A DNA stretch of 64,000 nucleotides from Paramoeba atlantica (lineage: Eukaryota > Protista > Discosea), in NCBI GenBank assembly GCA_977017575.1, contig CDRNVI010000029.1:372001-436000 (forward strand), written 5' to 3'. Every line of letters starts with the position of its first letter. Within the stretch, counting starts at the first letter, position 1. The notes beneath the pieces were generated by a model, which ran no database searches, was not told the origin of the DNA, and saw only the letters and a list, made by a program, of their open reading frames with translations. Below, one piece after another: positions 40,774 through 52,504 of this stretch. The position numbers and the translations under genes were made by a program.

Positions 40774-41856
40774 ATGCAACGACATGCAGTAAGGATCGCT
40801 GAGAAGGTATGGGACAAGAAGAATAAAGAACGCGTACAAGATGAGTTAAAAACTGCATGTAGCGCACTAGAGAAGCTTGCTTTAGCTCCATGCCGAGAAA
40901 AGGCCACTTCCCGCAACGTTCTCAGCACCTCATCAGTTCATGATAAAATTGATCAGAATCGGAGAAATGAGATGTTTCAACACATAGTGATGGGAATCGG
41001 AGACCTGCATCTGAAGATGATGAGCGGAAGGCAAGCCATGCAGATTCTTCGCGCATGCAAAAAATTTCCTGAATACTCAATGTACTTACGGAGGCATACG
41101 ATGAATCGTGCCTGTTTGTTGGCTGAATCCTTTTCTCCGCGCGAGGCGCTCGAGTTTCTGCGTTTACTAGTTTCAAAACATTGTAAATACGCTCTGGCAA
41201 ACGTTGACGAACAATCACCTACGTCACTTCCTCTGTTTTCTGGTGATTCTTCACTCCGAGCTTCGCTTATTGATAAGATCCTGACGAGTGTGGAAACGCG
41301 CATCAAAGCCCACAATAGTTCTTCACTGAGCCATACACTAGAAACTATAGTATTTTTAGCAGAAGTCTCCGTTGCCATCATTCACACGCTCCGTGCGAGT
41401 CTAGTATCTCGAATAGAATCAGTTTGTAGACATTTCATATCCATGTCTATGAAAGCCTCCGATAAAGAGTCGTCGAATGGTAAGCCTTCTCAGTTGGAAA
41501 CTAGTCATTTTTGCTTTACCGCATCTCACATATCCCGTTTATTGAAAGTCTTCTGTATTCTTAAATCACACAGTAGCAAAGACCTTTTTATATATTTGTG
41601 TGAAGAAAGTATTGTTCGTTGCAGTGAACTACAAGGTCATCACATTGCGGATATTTTAGAATCCCTTTGTTACTGCAAAATGTGGAGTTGGGAACTTTTC
41701 ACGACCCTGGGCGAAGAAGCTCGACGAAAAGCACACAAAATATCGGCTAGCGATTCAGGACGAATATTGCTTGCCTTTCAGAAAACCCCAATACAGTGGG
41801 AAAGCCTCGCGAGCACTTTATCTATCGGTCCCAATGACCAGAGAGTTTCAACGTAA
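40774..41856 (+). CDS. Hypothetical helical-repeat protein (FASTK/RAP-associated-like, tentative)
   Basis: 360-aa ORF; repeats like HHIADILESLCYCK and SDSGRILLAFQK. Confidence 0.6.
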   Translation: MQRHAVRIAEKVWDKKNKERVQDELKTACSALEKLALAPCREKATSRNVLSTSSVHDKIDQNRRNEMFQHIVMGIGDLHLKMMSGRQAMQILRACKKFPEYSMYLRRHTMNRACLLAESFSPREALEFLRLLVSKHCKYALANVDEQSPTSLPLFSGDSSLRASLIDKILTSVETRIKAHNSSSLSHTLETIVFLAEVSVAIIHTLRASLVSRIESVCRHFISMSMKASDKESSNGKPSQLETSHFCFTASHISRLLKVFCILKSHSSKDLFIYLCEESIVRCSELQGHHIADILESLCYCKMWSWELFTTLGEEARRKAHKISASDSGRILLAFQKTPIQWESLASTLSIGPNDQRVST

Positions 41857-42436
41857 GGTGTGTTGTGCCCTACGACACTATGAACAAACTCGTCGCAAAC
41901 TACGCCTGGTCTACGTATGGTCGACTCTAATGCGGCTTTTGATTGGCGAACAATTTAGAAATACGTAAAACTGGGGCAAAAACATTTCAAGTGCGTGCTC
42001 TTGGAAGAGGAATCTGTAGCTAACGTGAAGGAAATAAATACTCATCTGAGATGCAACAGCCTCTTTCTTATCTTATCAACTCGTTTGTTTTTGTGACCAT
42101 TGTTTTGGTAACGCACGTAAGAATTTATTTCGCGCGTAAAACGTGTGATAAACTGAACCCTGACCGCATTCGTCATGAAAATAGGGTGTTAACATTCTCC
42201 TTTTGTAAAGAATGTGTTTGGTAAGAATATTTTCGGTTAGGTACAAATCTTTTGACGTTTTATTCTCCGTTACCCGGTTTTGACGCTTACTAGGGGAACC
42301 AAGTAAAGATTTATGAAGTAATAAAATGTTTGTACCCAATTTTTGTCTTTATTAAGGAATGGGTCGAAGGTGTAAACATTTTTTATTAGTATTAAATATT
42401 TCTTACTAATAGGTCTTTATTTGGCCAATCTTACTA

Positions 42437-45400
42437 ATGCGACGACTGAGTCTCTATTCTCCTTTTTTACGACAACTTGCACAAAAAGCCAAATATTCAT
42501 CTCCTCCTCTTGAATCTTTATCTGCCCGCACGATACAAGACGTAATTTTACCTGTTGTACACGCTTCTGGTGGGAAGTTATCTGTCGAGAATTTGGAATC
42601 CGCTCTTGAATGGGATGTATGGTACTTGACCACGTGTGGACCACTTCAATCATTCGTAGATAAGCATGGAGCTCAGAAGCTAACAGTTGCTGGAGGGGTA
42701 GTATCAATACGGAGTGAAACAGGTCGAGAAACTACCAGGAGCCAGAAGAATGATAGTCTCGAGAAAACAGATGATTCGCGAAAAGTAGAGCAATCGACTG
42801 TAAGCACGAAATCAGACACTAACACCACTGAGCAAGTGACAGTCGACTTGTCTCCAAAATCGAAACAGCGAAAAGGTAACGCGAAGTTGAAAACTAAAAC
42901 GCATTCCTTGAAAACTCCTAAGACCGTGTTAGCTTCGTGCCCTACTGAGCGGCAAATCCATACTACTAAAGAAGCTTCTTCCACTTTACAAAACCATAAA
43001 ACAGTGGGAAAAGGCGCAAGACAAAAAAAGGCGTGCGGGGGAGATGCGCGAAGTGCGCTGGTTGAGATCTCCGATGGTCGAAAAGAGAATTATAAAAAAG
43101 ATGGAAAACGCCATGTATGCGTAGAACGTGAAAAAGACAAAAAGCTGCCCAGAAAAAGGAAAAGCCGGGTGATAACTGAAGCTGATGCCCCCGTAGAGAG
43201 CGCAAGGTTAGACGCTGATTCAAACGAGAAGTCCGAAACTATCACGCAAGAAATCTCTCAAAATGAGGCTGTGATGCTGAATCCTACAAAAAAGGATGTC
43301 CCGAAAACAAAGGATTCAAGCTTTTGGTCTTGTTACGCACCTCAAGTAGCCGTGAATAGAGGAATATCAATTTACGAGTTTAGCCTACTTGCTAAAAATA
43401 TCCTTAATAAAGATCGCGAGGAGTTGAGTGCTGAGGCAAAAGCTCTACTGAAAGACCTTTCAGAACGTAAGTTTCCGAAGTCAGAAAATGGACTTTCTGC
43501 CATAAACTGTGAATTGCTGTGTTTTTCTTCATTCAGTGGTGATGAAATTTCTGCTAGATCGATGACTTACATCTTCCAAAAACCGGTCGGAAACATTCTC
43601 AAATCAGCATATGAAAATGTCCCGGATAATTCTGAAGGGGTTTCCGTTAGTGAACTGCGAAGAAAGCTGTTGATGAACCGCGTTTGCACAGAAGAATACT
43701 TGGATGAACATCTAAATAATATTTTAGAGGAGAATCCTTTTGTTTTACCACAAAAGCTAATTAACAAAGAAATTCGTGTTTTGCGGGGAATTACCTCGCG
43801 AGGTCACATGCGTCCTGTTTCTCCGGACATAGCCAAAGCAGTGAGATATTTAGAGACATCTTTACGAAACATGTCTTCGCGTGACGTACGTTTCAGTTCA
43901 CTTGCCCATTCGGCGAAATGGAATTCCAGCTTTAAGTGTCCTATTCTTTTGTTTTTGAACTCTCATAGCGGCGTCTTTATTGTAAACAGGAAGGGTTTTG
44001 TTCGACTGAAGACCGAATCTAGCTCTCAAAATCTAAGTAGCGGTGTTTCATCATCAGTACGTAGTAGCAGTTGGGATCTTCCACAACAACAGAATAATGC
44101 TTCAAATGCGAAGCCTACCCCTAAAAATACCGAAACGTTGACAGAATCCTCTGAAGCATTGAAGTCGTCGGATTCCGAGCTGACGAGATCCAAGGATATT
44201 TCTCGGAGCCTTCTTTTCCGGGTGCACTCGGGTAATGGAAATTTCGTTCCGAGTCCAACATTAGTGCGTGCGCTCAGCCCATCTCCCTCGACACTGGATG
44301 CTGTACCACAGCATTCATATGAGTGGGCTATGCGTGTGACCAAGTTTATTACGTTAAAGAAAAATCCTACTTACGGAACGCCATTAGAATGGATTCAATC
44401 TCGCATGTGTATCTTCTTTAGCCAATATGGTTCGAAACTCTCTTTCGATTCGCATCTGTGTGACTCTAGTTACTATCCCGGATTATACACTTCTCTGGAT
44501 GCACTCTATTCAATATCGCGCGTACTAACGATATGTTGCACTATTCATCGACTTTTTCTTCCCGAATCATCTCAAATGAATGGAACTGAAGGAGACATGG
44601 TGAAGTTACATTTTTCGTCGCTACCTATCGTGTATCCTATGATACCAGATACTGATGAAGGCGTTTTGGTGCTAGATATTTGCAAAGTCCTACCAGATTT
44701 TGACTCGAAGTTGTTTATAAAAAGGTATAATAGATATGTGTCAGAGTCTAGCGATGGTACACGTCTAATTCGGGTTTATCGCATGGATGGGTCTGCTCGT
44801 GAATCTGTTCCTTCGGTCAACGCGTATTTTAGAAAGTTGGGTGAAGCATTAGAAACTCAGAAAGTTCACGTCAAAGAACTTCATAAGTATTGTCCATGGA
44901 ATTGTTCGTGGCGTTCAGCACTGGCCCCTCTACTATGTTCCAAAAAGTTCCACGTTCATAACCGTATGATTCGCCTTGGGGAGACAAAAATTCCAGCAGA
45001 ACTTATTGACTATTTAAAGCGCGCCAGCGTAGATCAACCTTTTCGAGCTATACCTAAGTCTGAGGTGAGACGTTTCTTGCGTGCCCGGGGTATGAATTCA
45101 ACTCAGGCAGAAGGGATCTTTCTTTGTCTCCCTCGAATCGCAATATCATGGAACTTTATGGCCCTTTTTCCCGGGGTTTCAGACGGAAAGGATTGTTCCA
45201 GCGAAGTGCTTCTCAAACTTCGTTTTGACCACTCATGTGAGGAAATGAAACAACCAAAACGGGAATCTTCAGATTCGGAAAAGCTTAAACCTGTAGCGAG
45301 CGATACCGCTAGTTCTAAGCTACCGAACGCGCTAGAGACTGAGAAGGAAGATTCTAAGTTTTCTCCCAGCGAAATAAATAATCTTTGGACAGCATTTTCC

Positions 45401-48154
45401 TCTTTGTACGGACGTATACCAGATAAAATGCATGAAAACGTATCGATTGAAAAACTTTGTGGTGAAGTCGAAAACGTGGGACATTCTTCATCTCTTCTCC
45501 TTGCAATGTCATCCTTACCTAAGACAGTTATGCAAGAAACGGTTCTGAGGCTTCTTCGAAAATTTTCCGGCTACGTTGATGTTCAATTACAGGAGCATAA
45601 TGTATGTATTTCACGTAGGCTGGGCGTTCTGCTACAAAGTAGTGGGGATAACTTGACCTTGCAGTGCCTCTCCAAAACTCAGAGAGCGTTATCGGAGGGT
45701 TTGATGCCGTTACCTGTGCTTAAGAAGAAAACAGAATGGGGATCTAATGCGTTAGAGAACTGCGTGCCAATCTCAATATTTTTGAGTTCATTCCCGAACA
45801 TGTTTCGACAATATCCGGACTTGAGCGAAGGAATGCTCTCATTCCATAAGAACAAAGTATCACATTTGGATAGACGGGCCCACAACATCGCAACAAGGGC
45901 CTCACATTCTAGTTGTGGCCCACTGACAGAGTTATTGAAAGTATATGGTAGTGATTCTATAAGGCTTCATTCTCCTGGTGAATGGTGCTTTGATGTGCTC
46001 GGCGTGGCGAGCGGAGCGGAGCGCGTTAAGGCACGTATCTGGAAGCCTTTTTACTCCGTGAATGTTGGTTTAGATTGTCACGTTCCGTTTAATCTACATA
46101 ACAATGATTTTTGGGCTACAGCCAAGACAGTTCCTTGGGATGTGTTGCTAGACAATGTTCCTCCTGGCGATATAGGCATCACTACTGAGCACCTTTACAA
46201 CAAATTACATCCAATATTTTCTGCACTGTCCATTGAAACGCTGCGTGAACAAATTTCTTCTGACGAATCCATCCTGTGCCATGATCCGCATACAGGTAAT
46301 ATTCTTCGCTCTGTAAATGAGAATTCGGAACTTCGCCCCACGGTCCGAGTAACTGATTGTCGCAATCAAATTTCAAAAGCGTTGCAGATGAAACCAAGAG
46401 GCATGTCTGTACATGAAATGAAAAGTACCATATCTGACAAGCGGCTCCTTGGCTCATATTCACTCTTTAATTTTGTTGTGCTAAGTGGGTCAAAATTTTG
46501 TATTGAAAAAGGTGCCATTTGGGACCTCCATCCCAAGGGAAAGAAGAAAGCCAACGATCAGGGGGGAGCGCCCGAACCCCGCACTCAAACCTTTATTGGA
46601 TGGTCGGGTAAATGTCATGTGCACCTTCGCACAGCGCAGAACACTAGCTGGCCGTTGCTGAGATCTTTGTTTTCCCATTCCGAAAAAACTAAAGACGAGA
46701 CAATATCTACAGTAGCTGATGTAAAGGAAATCATATTGAACTTGATACCCCAAGCAACAGGCATGAGTATTCTAGGTCTGGAAATTCGGATTATTCAGCA
46801 ACTGAGTACACCGGCAAACGCGGAGAATAGCTATCAACGACCGTTGCCACCTCTGCGAGATTGTTTGAAGAATATTGCACTCTCTCACAATCTTAGTCGG
46901 GATTCTGTTCGAAAAGCATTCGAAGAGTTAATTGACTCAAAGCGAATACGTACTTGTGTTCTCAGCGAAACTGAATTGTTGGGTTCACCTTTTGTTTGGT
47001 TGTTCCGATCAGATTCTCCGGATAAAGTTTTTCATCGTATTCTCTGTGATGCATATCAACACATTCCAAGAGATAGCAAAGGAATTTCTATAAAAATGTT
47101 GATGTCCCGTCTTCAAGAATCTAGTGCACGCGGAGATGGCGAACCTGGACTCTCATACCAAAATCTTCTTCGTGCGTTGAATTTGCTGAACGGTTATATT
47201 GTTCATTTAGTAGATTACAGCTCAGATAAGAACTCCAATGTTGCAAAGAAGTTTGAAAGTTTATATGCGGTGCGATCCCTTGATGACTCCCTGTTCTTTA
47301 CTAACAGACTCACTGTTCGAGGAACATGTGCCTATTGGATATCATTCATTCAGAACAACATCGATCCATTTTTTCAAACTTCTGTGGAAATTTCTCCAAA
47401 CGGTAGTTTTGTACGCTCGATAGAATCGACATTTAAGCATTGTTCCGAAGCGTGGGAAAGTGAGCCCCTTTCAAAGTGTGTTCCATTCGATATTTTCCTG
47501 TCAATTTCCTCTCCTTGCATAACCTTCTTTCATAAAATCTCTGATTCAGGACAAGGTGCGAAGGCGACGAATGAGTTTGCGTATGTTCCACATCATCTGT
47601 TGGTGTCTACCGTGGAGTTGCATAGAGGAATTTCATTTTTTGCCCTTTGTAAATTATTTCCACATTTGAGCAAGATAAGAAACTTTGAGTCGTACGTAAA
47701 AACCTACTTATCAGATAAAATTCAAGTAATTACGACCTATGGGGGTACACTTTTCCTCATTCCAAAATTCATAGCAAAATTTATTCCTCCCGCAAAAGAA
47801 GGCAATGGCATTGATTGTCAAACACTCAACCCGCAAATAGATTTTTTGCGTCAATTAGCGCAAGTGAAGAGTCTTATTACAGTGAGGTTTAATCAGAGTA
47901 AAATTGATTCAGAACCTGCTTGGAAAAGAAACGCAAGTTCGCCAGAAATCAATTCTTATCTCATGGAGATATTCTACCTTCAACTGGCCCCGCTGCTGAG
48001 AAATGCGCATGTCGTAGAATCCCGTGAATTATTACTTGAAGCATGGAAAAAGTACGAAAATAAATTGGGAAGCCTGCCTACGTTTCTTCTTTCACTTTCG
48101 AGGGGTGAGGCTGCCAAAAACACGGATGAAACAAATGTTATAACCGAGGAATGA
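42437..48154 (+). CDS. Giant 1905-aa protein with presequence-like N-terminus and repeated winged-helix/LOTUS-like motifs
   Basis: Uninterrupted ORF; recurring G(I/M/V)S-x-x-x-L motifs (e.g. GVSVSELRRKL, GMSVHEMKS, GISIKMLMSRL, GISFFALCKLF). Confidence 0.75.
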   Translation: MRRLSLYSPFLRQLAQKAKYSSPPLESLSARTIQDVILPVVHASGGKLSVENLESALEWDVWYLTTCGPLQSFVDKHGAQKLTVAGGVVSIRSETGRETTRSQKNDSLEKTDDSRKVEQSTVSTKSDTNTTEQVTVDLSPKSKQRKGNAKLKTKTHSLKTPKTVLASCPTERQIHTTKEASSTLQNHKTVGKGARQKKACGGDARSALVEISDGRKENYKKDGKRHVCVEREKDKKLPRKRKSRVITEADAPVESARLDADSNEKSETITQEISQNEAVMLNPTKKDVPKTKDSSFWSCYAPQVAVNRGISIYEFSLLAKNILNKDREELSAEAKALLKDLSERKFPKSENGLSAINCELLCFSSFSGDEISARSMTYIFQKPVGNILKSAYENVPDNSEGVSVSELRRKLLMNRVCTEEYLDEHLNNILEENPFVLPQKLINKEIRVLRGITSRGHMRPVSPDIAKAVRYLETSLRNMSSRDVRFSSLAHSAKWNSSFKCPILLFLNSHSGVFIVNRKGFVRLKTESSSQNLSSGVSSSVRSSSWDLPQQQNNASNAKPTPKNTETLTESSEALKSSDSELTRSKDISRSLLFRVHSGNGNFVPSPTLVRALSPSPSTLDAVPQHSYEWAMRVTKFITLKKNPTYGTPLEWIQSRMCIFFSQYGSKLSFDSHLCDSSYYPGLYTSLDALYSISRVLTICCTIHRLFLPESSQMNGTEGDMVKLHFSSLPIVYPMIPDTDEGVLVLDICKVLPDFDSKLFIKRYNRYVSESSDGTRLIRVYRMDGSARESVPSVNAYFRKLGEALETQKVHVKELHKYCPWNCSWRSALAPLLCSKKFHVHNRMIRLGETKIPAELIDYLKRASVDQPFRAIPKSEVRRFLRARGMNSTQAEGIFLCLPRIAISWNFMALFPGVSDGKDCSSEVLLKLRFDHSCEEMKQPKRESSDSEKLKPVASDTASSKLPNALETEKEDSKFSPSEINNLWTAFSSLYGRIPDKMHENVSIEKLCGEVENVGHSSSLLLAMSSLPKTVMQETVLRLLRKFSGYVDVQLQEHNVCISRRLGVLLQSSGDNLTLQCLSKTQRALSEGLMPLPVLKKKTEWGSNALENCVPISIFLSSFPNMFRQYPDLSEGMLSFHKNKVSHLDRRAHNIATRASHSSCGPLTELLKVYGSDSIRLHSPGEWCFDVLGVASGAERVKARIWKPFYSVNVGLDCHVPFNLHNNDFWATAKTVPWDVLLDNVPPGDIGITTEHLYNKLHPIFSALSIETLREQISSDESILCHDPHTGNILRSVNENSELRPTVRVTDCRNQISKALQMKPRGMSVHEMKSTISDKRLLGSYSLFNFVVLSGSKFCIEKGAIWDLHPKGKKKANDQGGAPEPRTQTFIGWSGKCHVHLRTAQNTSWPLLRSLFSHSEKTKDETISTVADVKEIILNLIPQATGMSILGLEIRIIQQLSTPANAENSYQRPLPPLRDCLKNIALSHNLSRDSVRKAFEELIDSKRIRTCVLSETELLGSPFVWLFRSDSPDKVFHRILCDAYQHIPRDSKGISIKMLMSRLQESSARGDGEPGLSYQNLLRALNLLNGYIVHLVDYSSDKNSNVAKKFESLYAVRSLDDSLFFTNRLTVRGTCAYWISFIQNNIDPFFQTSVEISPNGSFVRSIESTFKHCSEAWESEPLSKCVPFDIFLSISSPCITFFHKISDSGQGAKATNEFAYVPHHLLVSTVELHRGISFFALCKLFPHLSKIRNFESYVKTYLSDKIQVITTYGGTLFLIPKFIAKFIPPAKEGNGIDCQTLNPQIDFLRQLAQVKSLITVRFNQSKIDSEPAWKRNASSPEINSYLMEIFYLQLAPLLRNAHVVESRELLLEAWKKYENKLGSLPTFLLSLSRGEAAKNTDETNVITEE

Positions 48155-48751
48155 TTTTCTCCAGAGAAATATGGTCTCGTAAATAGTACAGGATGGGATG
48201 TCGTTTTCTAACCGTTAAAATAATTTTTTTCACCCTATGCATTTGATGTATAGGGCTGGTTTGTGTCTTTTCGATGTATCATAATTTGTCAAACACTATC
48301 TAATCAGAGTATCACAGCACGTTGCCTATTTGTCGCACCTTTTTTGGTGATCTGAGGTAAACAATTGCGTGTACGTAATAAACGGTATTACATGGTAGGT
48401 ACCTGCTATCTAAAACAATTTAATTATCCTTGTCTCTTGTAATTCAGGCTGTTGCGCGTCTAGTGCCATCATGCTAGAAAATAGGGCCGTAGAACTGTAC
48501 ACAGTGTACGGTATGAAGCTAATGCGACCATTACTCTATATTTTATTATAACAGAAAAATAACATACGACTTGATGTCAGAGTTTCACTTATCGCTCGAG
48601 GAGTAGTGCACTAAAGTGAATTCTGAGTTACAACAATAGTTTAATTCAATAAAACAATACAATAAAATTTATTGTGTACACTATCCACAATCGAATTCGT
48701 ACTTAGTATCAACATTACTTCTGCTAGACTTTGCGTAAGCCTAATACATCG

Positions 48752-49648
48752 ATGTCATCGAATAGCAGCGCCGACATGGAAAACGGAGACTTGTGTTCGA
48801 GCCTTTTTCTGTGCACTCTCTGTCGTGAGCTTTTCGACATTCCAATGCTAAACACAGTGTGTGGCCATATTTTTTGTCGTCGTTGCATTTCTCACTGTAT
48901 TGAGAAAGGCATCCCGCATGGTCGCCGAGGTCGCATAACAAGGAATTTATGCCCAACTTGTCATGGACCTGCGTTTCTGTGGCAGATGTGTCGTCTGTAC
49001 GTATTAGAAAATTGTGTCTCGCTCCTTCGTGCATCTAGAAATTCGCATTCCAAACTAATGCCCGACTTCACTGTGGAGAATGACCGAAACGAACAAAGGG
49101 CACCTTCGTACACCAATCAAGAAAGCACTCTGGGACCTGAAAGCGGGTCGTTAATAACATCTCCCTTACCCCTGCCACTAAACAGGGAGGATGAAAACTT
49201 TATATCACGCTCCACAAACTTCAGTCCTTTATTCCCTGCTCCAGCAATGGTGACAGGGTTTCACATTGGCCGCACCCCACGTACGATACATAAGCCGTTT
49301 CCTCTCCGCACTGATTCGCCTCCCACAGAGGCACGTTTGTTACGCGCGGGTGAATACGTGATGAAAAAGAGCTCCCCGGCGAGACGTGATGAAGCAAGGA
49401 GATGTAGTCAAGAAAAAAACCATACATTCGCAAGCCCTTCCTCAGGGAGATACATGTATTTTCCGAAAGATATAGAGGTGGAAAATGGCATCCAAGCACG
49501 CAACACAGGTGCTAAGCGCACGACAATACGCAGTGAGCACATGAGAGAGATCCTAAGTGACATATCAAGGGAACTCAAGAGGCAGAGAGCAATGATTCGT
49601 CGCATGCGACGTGTTTATGAGGAGGCGCGGAGTGCAAGCGACACATGA
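48752..49648 (+). CDS. RING-finger protein
   Basis: CTLC...CGHIFCRRC...CPTC. Confidence 0.85.
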   Translation: MSSNSSADMENGDLCSSLFLCTLCRELFDIPMLNTVCGHIFCRRCISHCIEKGIPHGRRGRITRNLCPTCHGPAFLWQMCRLYVLENCVSLLRASRNSHSKLMPDFTVENDRNEQRAPSYTNQESTLGPESGSLITSPLPLPLNREDENFISRSTNFSPLFPAPAMVTGFHIGRTPRTIHKPFPLRTDSPPTEARLLRAGEYVMKKSSPARRDEARRCSQEKNHTFASPSSGRYMYFPKDIEVENGIQARNTGAKRTTIRSEHMREILSDISRELKRQRAMIRRMRRVYEEARSASDT

Positions 49649-50250
49649 TACTGAGACTGTTTTTCTGAACGACTTTTGTTACACACTTTTTCGTGTGTCT
49701 GCTCACATTCGACATGATCCGGCAAGAACATTTTAAATTATTTCCTGAAATGTGAGATCCAAAAGTAAGTGCTGCACTTTTTTTCAATGACTTACTACAG
49801 TACCATGTTCGTTTTTCTATGGATACACTTTTTAAAGTAACTTTAGACTTGAAGAATAACATGGCCTCTTGCTCTATTTCGCCTGCTCCTCTACTGGAAC
49901 TACGTGTATTATTCATACTCTGAAGGATCTGCCTCCTGGTTGCCCTTCTTCATCTCCCACTGCTTAACAGTCTGTAGTAGTTAAAACGTAGCACAATGGT
50001 ACATACTTTATCCCTTATCGAAGACTTGATGCACCAAAAAGCAACAATTTTTGTTTCTCCTTCTTTAAAAGAAGAAATGTGGTCTGCAAAAGACTTTTGC
50101 AGACCGTTTCATTTTTTTCGAAAAACAACAATAGCCCTTTCCCCTCTTTCACACAAACCCTTCCCCTCACCGTTTCGCCCTACCTACAACCTACCTCTCC
50201 CTAACACCCACCCATGCCCCCCTTTCTCCTCCCCCCCTCCCCCCTCCCCC

Positions 50251-51487
50251 ATGTCTGACCCCCACGACAACCCCCTCCCCCACCCCGGGGACGACCACGA
50301 CGACCACGACGACCCCACCCCCTTCGAGCCCCCCCACGACCTGCTGGGTCAGCGCTCTGACCTCTCTGACCTCTCTGACCCCTCCTGCGACCCCTGCGAC
50401 GCCCTGCTGACCTGCCCCCCGACCCACACCGCCCCCATCCACAGCCTTGCGGTCCACGCGGCCCGCCCCCGCCTCCTGGCGACCGGGGCCGAGGACGACA
50501 GCGTGGTGCTGTGGGACTTAGCCGCGGAGCCCGGGGTCTCCACCACGGTGCTGCGGGCACATACCGATACCGTACTCGCGCTGGGGTTCCAGCCCGCCCC
50601 CGGGGGGGGGACGGCTGCTGGCCTCGGGGGGGATGGACGGGGTGCTGGTGCTGTGGGAGGTAGGCCCCGGGGGGAGGGCGGACGAGGCGGGGGGGGAGGA
50701 GGAGGGGGAGGAGAAAATAGGAGCCCAGGAGATCGCACGACGGTGTGATTTTGATGGGGAGGTGCTGTGGTTGCAGTGGCACTCCAGTGGGAGGTTTGTG
50801 GTAGCGGGGGGGAGTGGGGGTGTGGTGGTGTTGTGGAATGTGGAGACGAAGGGAGCGGTGGTGTTTCGTTGTGCAGCCGCGGTGACGAGTGGGATATGGA
50901 CGGTGAACGAGCGATCGTTGCTGGTGGCGTGTCAGGATTATGCCGTACACAGGTTGGAGCCACGGAGTCCGGAGGAAAAGGAAAGTTTTTGGATTGGGTC
51001 TTACCAGCCGACGGCGTTGTGCGCGACGGAATGCCACCCGGACGCGTTTATAATTGGTGGGGAGGATGGGTCGATAGATGTCGCGTCCCTCACGAAAGGG
51101 AAAATTGTAAACCAGTTGGCTTCTCCTCACGAACAAGCTATCGAATGTATATGTGCACAACAAACCGTTGGATTACTCGGTTGCGTTAGCTGTGATGGTA
51201 TTGTCACGATGTGGAATCTGAACACACTTCAAATACGCTACGTTGTAAGGGAGGAAGATGGTATCTCGCAAGGCATTTGGATGGGCTACAATTTTGCTGC
51301 CGCCACGCTTGCTGGAGATGTCCTTATTTGGGATGGGAGACGGGAATTCGACCCCAAAAGTGCACGACGATTTAATGCCCATGCATCACTGATACAGAAC
51401 CTTGCTTCAGTAACAGAAACACTATTGGCCACCGTGGGAGACGATGCGCAGCTAAAACTATTTGACGTGCAGGAAATTGAATTCTAA
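50251..51487 (+). CDS. WD40 protein, SQT1/AAMP-like; one frameshift in G-run 50602-50610
   Basis: Acidic N-terminus; HTAPIHSLAV..LLATGAEDDSVVLW; HTDTV..LGF then GRLLASGGMDGVLVLW in the adjacent frame; WLQWHSSGRFVVAG. Confidence 0.75.
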
Positions 51488-51801
51488 AGTGATGAGTTCG
51501 AAATCACCTTGAACCGTTATCACTATGCAGTCTGTGTTAGAATGATTCCCATCAGGAAAATAAGTTTTCTCTCCGGCTTACTCATTTTTGTTGGAGTTAT
51601 CTCGTTCCCGTAGGAACCAGCTCTGCCGCAGGTTTCCCTTTTTAATAAGTAAAATACACGTTTTCTAAAAAATCGAAAAATGAAAAAGTGGTTTCTGTAG
51701 TACAGTTATGTATTAGCCGATATTTATGTCCTGTTTGTAGTTCATCCTTCCATATTTTTCTTATTTACACTGGTTGCTTTTGATTTATTTGAAAAGAAAT
51801 C

Positions 51802-51990
51802 ATGGATGATGATACATGTATAGATCGCCACCCTGGACCGAAACGTGACGAGGATCAGCAATACTTGAAACTTGTCTCAGATATTTTCGGTGAAGAGCTC
51901 GTCAAGATGAAAGATAGTATAGAGGAACACAACATAGAGTTGCTTCGCGAAGCGATCTTGTCTACAAGGTCTACGTATGAACGGAATTAG
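51802..51990 (+). CDS. 62-aa protein, possibly Rsa3-like ribosome assembly factor
   Basis: ATG after a long T-rich tract; YLKLVSDIFGEELVKMK...IELLREAI resembles the Rsa3 domain as I recall it. Confidence 0.4.
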   Translation: MDDDTCIDRHPGPKRDEDQQYLKLVSDIFGEELVKMKDSIEEHNIELLREAILSTRSTYERN

Positions 51991-52504
51991 TAATACGATG
52001 GCCAGCACAACGATTGCGAAATTATAATTGAGATTCTTTATAGTGTGACAAATACAGGTAGTCATTAGTCATCCTCTCATCACGCAGAAGTATATTCATT
52101 GTTACGAATAATAGGCTTGCTGAGATGAAGAGTATGAGCAGATACGATATGCAGGTTCTTCTTTGAATAAGAATCAAAATGAGCCATCTTCGCGGACTTG
52201 CGATCAGTGTAGTTCTTATGCGTCTAGTGGATACACCTGTAGAATTCAACAAGTAGGCGGACCACATGCACCCACAGGTCCTGCTATCTACTAGCGTACT
52301 AAATGTCAGTAACTTAAATTTCTACATCCCAGAAACGGGTTGTTCCCAGAAACACTAATTGTAGTTTTACTGTCATTTTGTACCGATCTGAATTTTTGAA
52401 ATATACAGGACATCATTCCTGTACGTCTTTTTAAAAGAAGCATAGAACACCAATTTTAGTACACTCTACATTCCGGGACTCTCTATCCCCATCCCCGCGG
52501 TGCT

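Noticed and set aside
50602-50610. WD40 gene as a true pseudogene
   Set aside because: A single frame change in a 9-G homopolymer with intact sequence on both sides is more likely a sequencing error; needs read check.
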